A stretch of DNA of 63,914 nucleotides, the filler included, from Acidimicrobiia bacterium (lineage in GTDB: Bacteria; Actinomycetota; Acidimicrobiia; Spongiisociales; JAENVV01), in NCBI GenBank assembly GCA_041577335.1. It is 3 parts of 3 records of this genome, joined end to end, with 100 filler letters (N's around TTAATTAATTAA, not from the genome) between each part and the next. Parts side by side here need not be neighbours in the genome. Positions count along the whole stretch, not along the records: positions 42,742 to 63,914 come from JBFGJH010000061.1; 2 more parts are not named here. The stretch is one strand, 5' to 3'. The first letter of the stretch is position 1; the number at the start of each line of letters is the position of its first letter. The position numbers were made by a program, and so were the translations under genes. Under the pieces are notes generated by a model. It saw nothing but the letters and a program-made list of their open reading frames with translations. It was not told the DNA's origin and ran no database searches. Positions 58,195-63,914 of this stretch are shown piece by piece.

Positions 58195-58986
58195 CTAGGC
58201 AGTGAGTGGCTCCACCCGCCGAGCCACGGTGATGAAGCCGGTGTGGCCGACCATCTGATGATCGGGCCGCACCGAGCGGCCCTCGACGCTCCAGGTCCGT
58301 ATCAACGCCTCAAAGCTGGTGATGTCGAGGTACGACCGAGTCGATCGGAGCATCTCGACGGTCTGCTGCATCTGGGGAACGGTGGGAACGTACGCAACAA
58401 AGACTCCGCCTGGTCGGAGATGGGTCGCAGCGATTTCGGCCGAATGCCATGGCTCAGGAATGTCGAGCACCACGCGATCAGGTTGAACGTCGGCAATGAC
58501 ATCCTCGACCTCACCCTCGCGCAACTCGAGCGTGTCGGGGATCGATCCGAACCAGCGAATGAGAGCTTTGGTGGCGTGCTTGGCATGGTCGGGACGTTTC
58601 TCCACGGAAACGACCTTGCCGGAGGATCCCACTGCCCGCACCAGAGCCATGGTGAGCGCTCCGCTGCCGGTTCCTGCCTCGACCACGGTATTGCCAGGGC
58701 CGATGTCGCCGTACATCAGGATGGGTCCAATATCCTTGGGGTAGACAACTTGTGCCCCCCGCTTCATCTTCAGGATGTAGTCGGTGAGGCCGGGGCGGAC
58801 GATGGTGAACTTCCCGCCGGCGGGCGTTGCAAACCGCGAGCCCTCGATGCTGCCTATCAGCTCGGAGTGAGGAACCACTCCCTGATGTGTCGAGAACGTG
58901 CCGTCTGCAGCCAAGGTCAGGAGATAGCGACGATTCTTGGAGTCGATGATGAGGCAGAGGTCGCCCTCGGCGAGGGGTGGGGGCAC
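58195..58986 (-). CDS. trmI: tRNA (adenine-N1)-methyltransferase
   Basis: MKRGAQVVYPKD, EAGTGSGAL, LDIPEPW, RPDHQMVGHTGF. Confidence 0.93.
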   Translation of the reverse strand: MPPPLAEGDLCLIIDSKNRRYLLTLAADGTFSTHQGVVPHSELIGSIEGSRFATPAGGKFTIVRPGLTDYILKMKRGAQVVYPKDIGPILMYGDIGPGNTVVEAGTGSGALTMALVRAVGSSGKVVSVEKRPDHAKHATKALIRWFGSIPDTLELREGEVEDVIADVQPDRVVLDIPEPWHSAEIAATHLRPGGVFVAYVPTVPQMQQTVEMLRSTRSYLDITSFEALIRTWSVEGRSVRPDHQMVGHTGFITVARRVEPLTA

Positions 58987-58987
58987 G

Positions 58988-59083
58988 CTAGTTGAAGAAC
59001 ACCGAGGCCATCAGCGCGAGAACCATCCCCAGTACCAGCACCCAAACAATTATCTTCAAGGCTCGTTGGTTTCGCACCGACAT
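58988..59083 (-). CDS. 29-31 aa single-TM small protein
   Basis: MSVRNQRALKIIVWVLVLGMVLALMASVFFN; stop 1 nt before the trmI start. Confidence 0.55.
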   Translation of the reverse strand: MSVRNQRALKIIVWVLVLGMVLALMASVFFN

Positions 59084-59181
59084 AGTGTAAGACATTTGAC
59101 CTCGAATGGATTCGGCCGGAAAGGGTTAGCTCAAATGCAGACCTTCCGTATACTTCTGCATCTCGACGAGAGATCAGATCA

Positions 59182-60888
<1,707 letters not shown>

Positions 60889-60890
60889 GG

Positions 60891-62366
60891 ATGGCCACAC
60901 AAAAAGTCATCGGAACCGAGACCGAGTTCGGAATCACCATTCGTCGCCAGCCGGACTTCAACCCGTCTCTCGCCTCGGGGTTCGTCATCAACGCGTATGA
61001 AGGCGCTCGGGCCCGTGTCCAGTGGTCCTTCGAGGAAGAGTCGCCCGGCCGAGATGCCCGCGGCTTCGGCTTCGAGAGCGGCGGCGCCGGCGACTACGAG
61101 TCGGGGGTCGTCAACATGGTCTTGTCGAACGGTGCCCGGCTCTATGTGGACCATGCCCACCCGGAGTATTCATCACCGGAGGCCGCCGACCCGAGGGCCG
61201 CGGCTCTTTACGACAAGGCAGGGGAGCGGGTTCTCGCTCTGGCTGCGGCCAGTGCCCAGCAGCGCGTCGGGCCCGACGAGATCGTCGGAATCTACAAGAA
61301 CAACTCCGACGGCAAGGGCAATTCCTACGGTGCGCACGAGAACTATCTCATCGCTCGACAGATCCCCTTCGGCGACATCATCGAATTCATGACCACCTTC
61401 ATGGTGACTCGCCAGATTCTCACCGGTGCCGGCAAGGTCGGCTCTGAGAACGATCGACCCGAGGTGGCCTACCAGATAACCCAGCGCGCTGACTTCTTCG
61501 AAGAGGAAGTTGGGCTCGAAACGACGCTGAAACGCCCGATCATCAACACGCGGGACGAGCCTCACGCTGATCCCGAGAAATACCGAAGGCTCCACGTGAT
61601 CATCGGTGATGCCACGGTGAGCGAGGTGCAAACCTTCATCAAGCTCGGTGTCACCGAGCTCGTCCTGTCCGCGCTCGAAGACGGTGCGCTTCCTGATTCG
61701 CTCCAGCTGGCCGACCCGGTCGGGTCCTGTTGGAAAGTCAGCCACGATGTCTCGCTGGGCGAGCCACTCCGGCTAGCACACGGTGGCACCGCCACGGCCC
61801 TCGAGCTCCAGCAGCAGTATCTCGAATGGATCACGAAGTACGTCGAATCGGAGCGCGACGACGACGTCACTCGGGCGGTGCTCGCCGAGTGGGCAGCGGC
61901 GCTCGATCTTCTCGAATCGAATCTCATGGCCGCCGCCGACCGACTCGACTGGGTGGCCAAATATGCGCTTCTCCAAGGCTATGCCGATCGCGGGATCGGC
62001 TGGGATGACTCCAAGATGGCGGCTGTGGACCTGCAATACCACGATGTCAATCCCGAGCGATCCCTGTATCAGAAGCTCGTCAACGCCGGACGGATGCGCA
62101 CCCTGTTCACCGCAGAGGAAGTCGACAATGCCGTGAGCAACCCACCTGAGGGAACGAGGGCGTACTTCCGGGGGCGCTGCGTGCAGCGATATCCCGAGAG
62201 CCTGGTGGCCGCCAACTGGGATTCGCTCGTGTTCGACACGGGCCATGAATTACTCAAACGGGTGCCTATGATGGAGCCACTGCGAGGCACCAGAGAACTC
62301 ACCGAAGAGATCCTCGACCAGGCGCTCGACGCAGCTGAGTTGCTCACCGCCTTAGGAGGTAGCTGA
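60891..62366 (+). CDS. dop: Depupylase/deamidase Dop
   Basis: GTETEFG, NGARLYVDHAHPEYS, NTRDEPHAD, RLHVIIGD. Confidence 0.95.
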   Translation: MATQKVIGTETEFGITIRRQPDFNPSLASGFVINAYEGARARVQWSFEEESPGRDARGFGFESGGAGDYESGVVNMVLSNGARLYVDHAHPEYSSPEAADPRAAALYDKAGERVLALAAASAQQRVGPDEIVGIYKNNSDGKGNSYGAHENYLIARQIPFGDIIEFMTTFMVTRQILTGAGKVGSENDRPEVAYQITQRADFFEEEVGLETTLKRPIINTRDEPHADPEKYRRLHVIIGDATVSEVQTFIKLGVTELVLSALEDGALPDSLQLADPVGSCWKVSHDVSLGEPLRLAHGGTATALELQQQYLEWITKYVESERDDDVTRAVLAEWAAALDLLESNLMAAADRLDWVAKYALLQGYADRGIGWDDSKMAAVDLQYHDVNPERSLYQKLVNAGRMRTLFTAEEVDNAVSNPPEGTRAYFRGRCVQRYPESLVAANWDSLVFDTGHELLKRVPMMEPLRGTRELTEEILDQALDAAELLTALGGS

Positions 62367-62367
62367 A

Positions 62368-62553
62368 ATGGCTGAACAGGAACAGCGGCGACCCCAGCGC
62401 CGACAACAAGAGCCGACCGAGCAGGCCGAGGTCGAACCGGTCGATCGTGAAGCGACCGAAGCGATTGACGAGTTGCTCGACGAAATCGACTCGGTGCTCG
62501 AAGAAAACGCCGAGGAGTTCGTCAAGAACTACGTCCAGAAGGGCGGAGAGTGA
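62368..62553 (+). CDS. pup: Prokaryotic ubiquitin-like protein Pup
   Basis: LLDEIDSVLEENAEEFVKNYVQKGGE. Confidence 0.97.
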   Translation: MAEQEQRRPQRRQQEPTEQAEVEPVDREATEAIDELLDEIDSVLEENAEEFVKNYVQKGGE

Positions 62554-63359
62554 CGGCGAGCCGTCCACCATCGCTCCCCATCGAACAGCTGCTCCCCTCA
62601 GGCATCGGTGATCGTCCCGAAGGGTTCTCTTCGATGCTGGGAGCCACCGGCTACGGGGTGAATCTCGAGGTCCCTGCCGGAGCAGCCGTGGATGCTCCCG
62701 AGGCGACCACGGTCCTGGCAGCGCAATTCGGCGAGGGCGTCGTTGTGGTTGGCGATCGCCAAGCCACAGCCGGCTACTCCATCGCCCACCGCCGCATTCA
62801 GAAGGTCTTTCCCGCCGACGACTTCTCGGCGGTCGCCATCTCCGGCACGGCTGGATTGGCCACTGAAATGGTCCGTTTGTTCCAAACTGAGCTGGAGCAC
62901 TACGAGAAGCTCGAAGGGACACGGCTCAGCCTCGAGGGGAAGGCCAACTTCCTGGCCCGGCTCGTGCGACAGCAGTTACCCATGGCCTTCCAAGGGCTGG
63001 TGGTGATTCCCCTGTTTGCTGGATATGACAACGGTGCCCAGCAAGGCAGGCTGTTCACATTCGACGTGGTGGGCGGAACCTACGAAGAGCACGAGTTCGC
63101 AGCGACCGGATCGGGCTCGGCAGAAGCCTTGTCCTACCTCCGCAGCCACTTCGAACAGGGCCTCGACCTGGCCGGAGCGTTGAGGTTGACTCTCGAAGCG
63201 TTGGTGGCGGCCGCCGAGCAGGACGTGGCGACCGGTGGGCCTGATCTCCGGCGCGGCATCCTCCCCAACGTCGTGGCTGTGACGGCAGACGGTTTTCGGG
63301 AAATCGACAGTGAGACCGTCGAATCGGCGGCGCAATCGGCAATGGATCAAATCCGATGA
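62550..63359 (+). CDS. prcB: 20S proteasome beta subunit
   Basis: Propeptide then TTVLA, GDRQAT, ELEHYEKLEG, TGSGS. Confidence 0.95.
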   Translation: MTASRPPSLPIEQLLPSGIGDRPEGFSSMLGATGYGVNLEVPAGAAVDAPEATTVLAAQFGEGVVVVGDRQATAGYSIAHRRIQKVFPADDFSAVAISGTAGLATEMVRLFQTELEHYEKLEGTRLSLEGKANFLARLVRQQLPMAFQGLVVIPLFAGYDNGAQQGRLFTFDVVGGTYEEHEFAATGSGSAEALSYLRSHFEQGLDLAGALRLTLEALVAAAEQDVATGGPDLRRGILPNVVAVTADGFREIDSETVESAAQSAMDQIR

Positions 63360-63914
63360 CCATGCCGTTCTACGTTCCTCCGGAACAGCTCGTCAAAGAC
63401 CGGGCAGAGTTTGCGCGCAAAGGGATCGCCCGAGGCCGATCGATCGTCGCGCTGGCCTACGACGATGGCCTGCTCATGCTTGCCGAGAACCCCAGCCGAA
63501 CGCTGCACAAGATCTCCGAGGTGTACGACCGCATCGCTTTTTGCGGAGTCGGGCGGTTCAACGAGTTTGAGCTGCTCCGGGTCGCGGGCATTCGCCATGC
63601 CGACCTGAAGGGGTATCTCTACGGGCGAAGCGATGTGCTCGGCAAATCACTCGCCAATTCCTTCGCGCAAACGCTCGGGAATATCTTCACCCACGAAGTG
63701 AAGCCCTACGAGGTGGAGCTGCTGGTGGCTGAGCTCGGATCAGACACCAATGACGATCGGTTCTACAAGATCCTGTACGACGGCACGTTGTACGACGATC
63801 GACGCTTTGCGGCGATCGGCGGCCACTCGGAACAGCTGACCGAGCGGCTCGAGGCGGCGTGGTCGGACACCATGGACCTGGCCGCCGCCATCGTGACCGG
63901 GGCGGCGTCGTTTG
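63356..63914 (+). CDS. prcA: 20S proteasome alpha subunit (3' end beyond the window)
   Basis: MTMPFYVPPEQLVKDRAEFARKGIARGRS...KISEVYDRI. Confidence 0.95.
   Translation, partial: MTMPFYVPPEQLVKDRAEFARKGIARGRSIVALAYDDGLLMLAENPSRTLHKISEVYDRIAFCGVGRFNEFELLRVAGIRHADLKGYLYGRSDVLGKSLANSFAQTLGNIFTHEVKPYEVELLVAELGSDTNDDRFYKILYDGTLYDDRRFAAIGGHSEQLTERLEAAWSDTMDLAAAIVTGAASF

Overview
High-GC actinobacterial DNA, probably Acidimicrobiia (inferred from the Pup-proteasome locus, SLH protein, F420-dependent enzyme and gene style). The window is three separate contigs (1-21296, 21397-42641, 42742-63914) joined by artificial N44-TTAATTAATTAA-N44 linkers, so neighbourhoods across the gaps are not real. Contig 1: sixA, DHDPS-family lyase, an unfused oleABCD olefin cluster, a PspC two-component envelope-stress module, a gamma-butyrobetaine/carnitine catabolic operon, an SGNH-like SLH protein, and a DEAD-box helicase fused to a canonical RRM, with a structured leader and a downstream small protein patterned like an Sm/Hfq barrel. 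Contig 2: kbl-tdh, a PhyH dioxygenase, a Dpp/Opp ABC transporter whose binding protein appears circularly permuted, assorted enzymes and a hairpin-rich REP/MITE-like repeat family. Contig 3: flavin monooxygenase, pseudogene remnants, copCD, a DUF222/HNH gene with a PafBC-type promoter, acyl-CoA dehydrogenases, ferredoxin, trmI and arc-dop-pup-prcB-prcA. No rRNA, tRNA or CRISPR array was seen. All calls come from reading motifs by eye; no searches were run.
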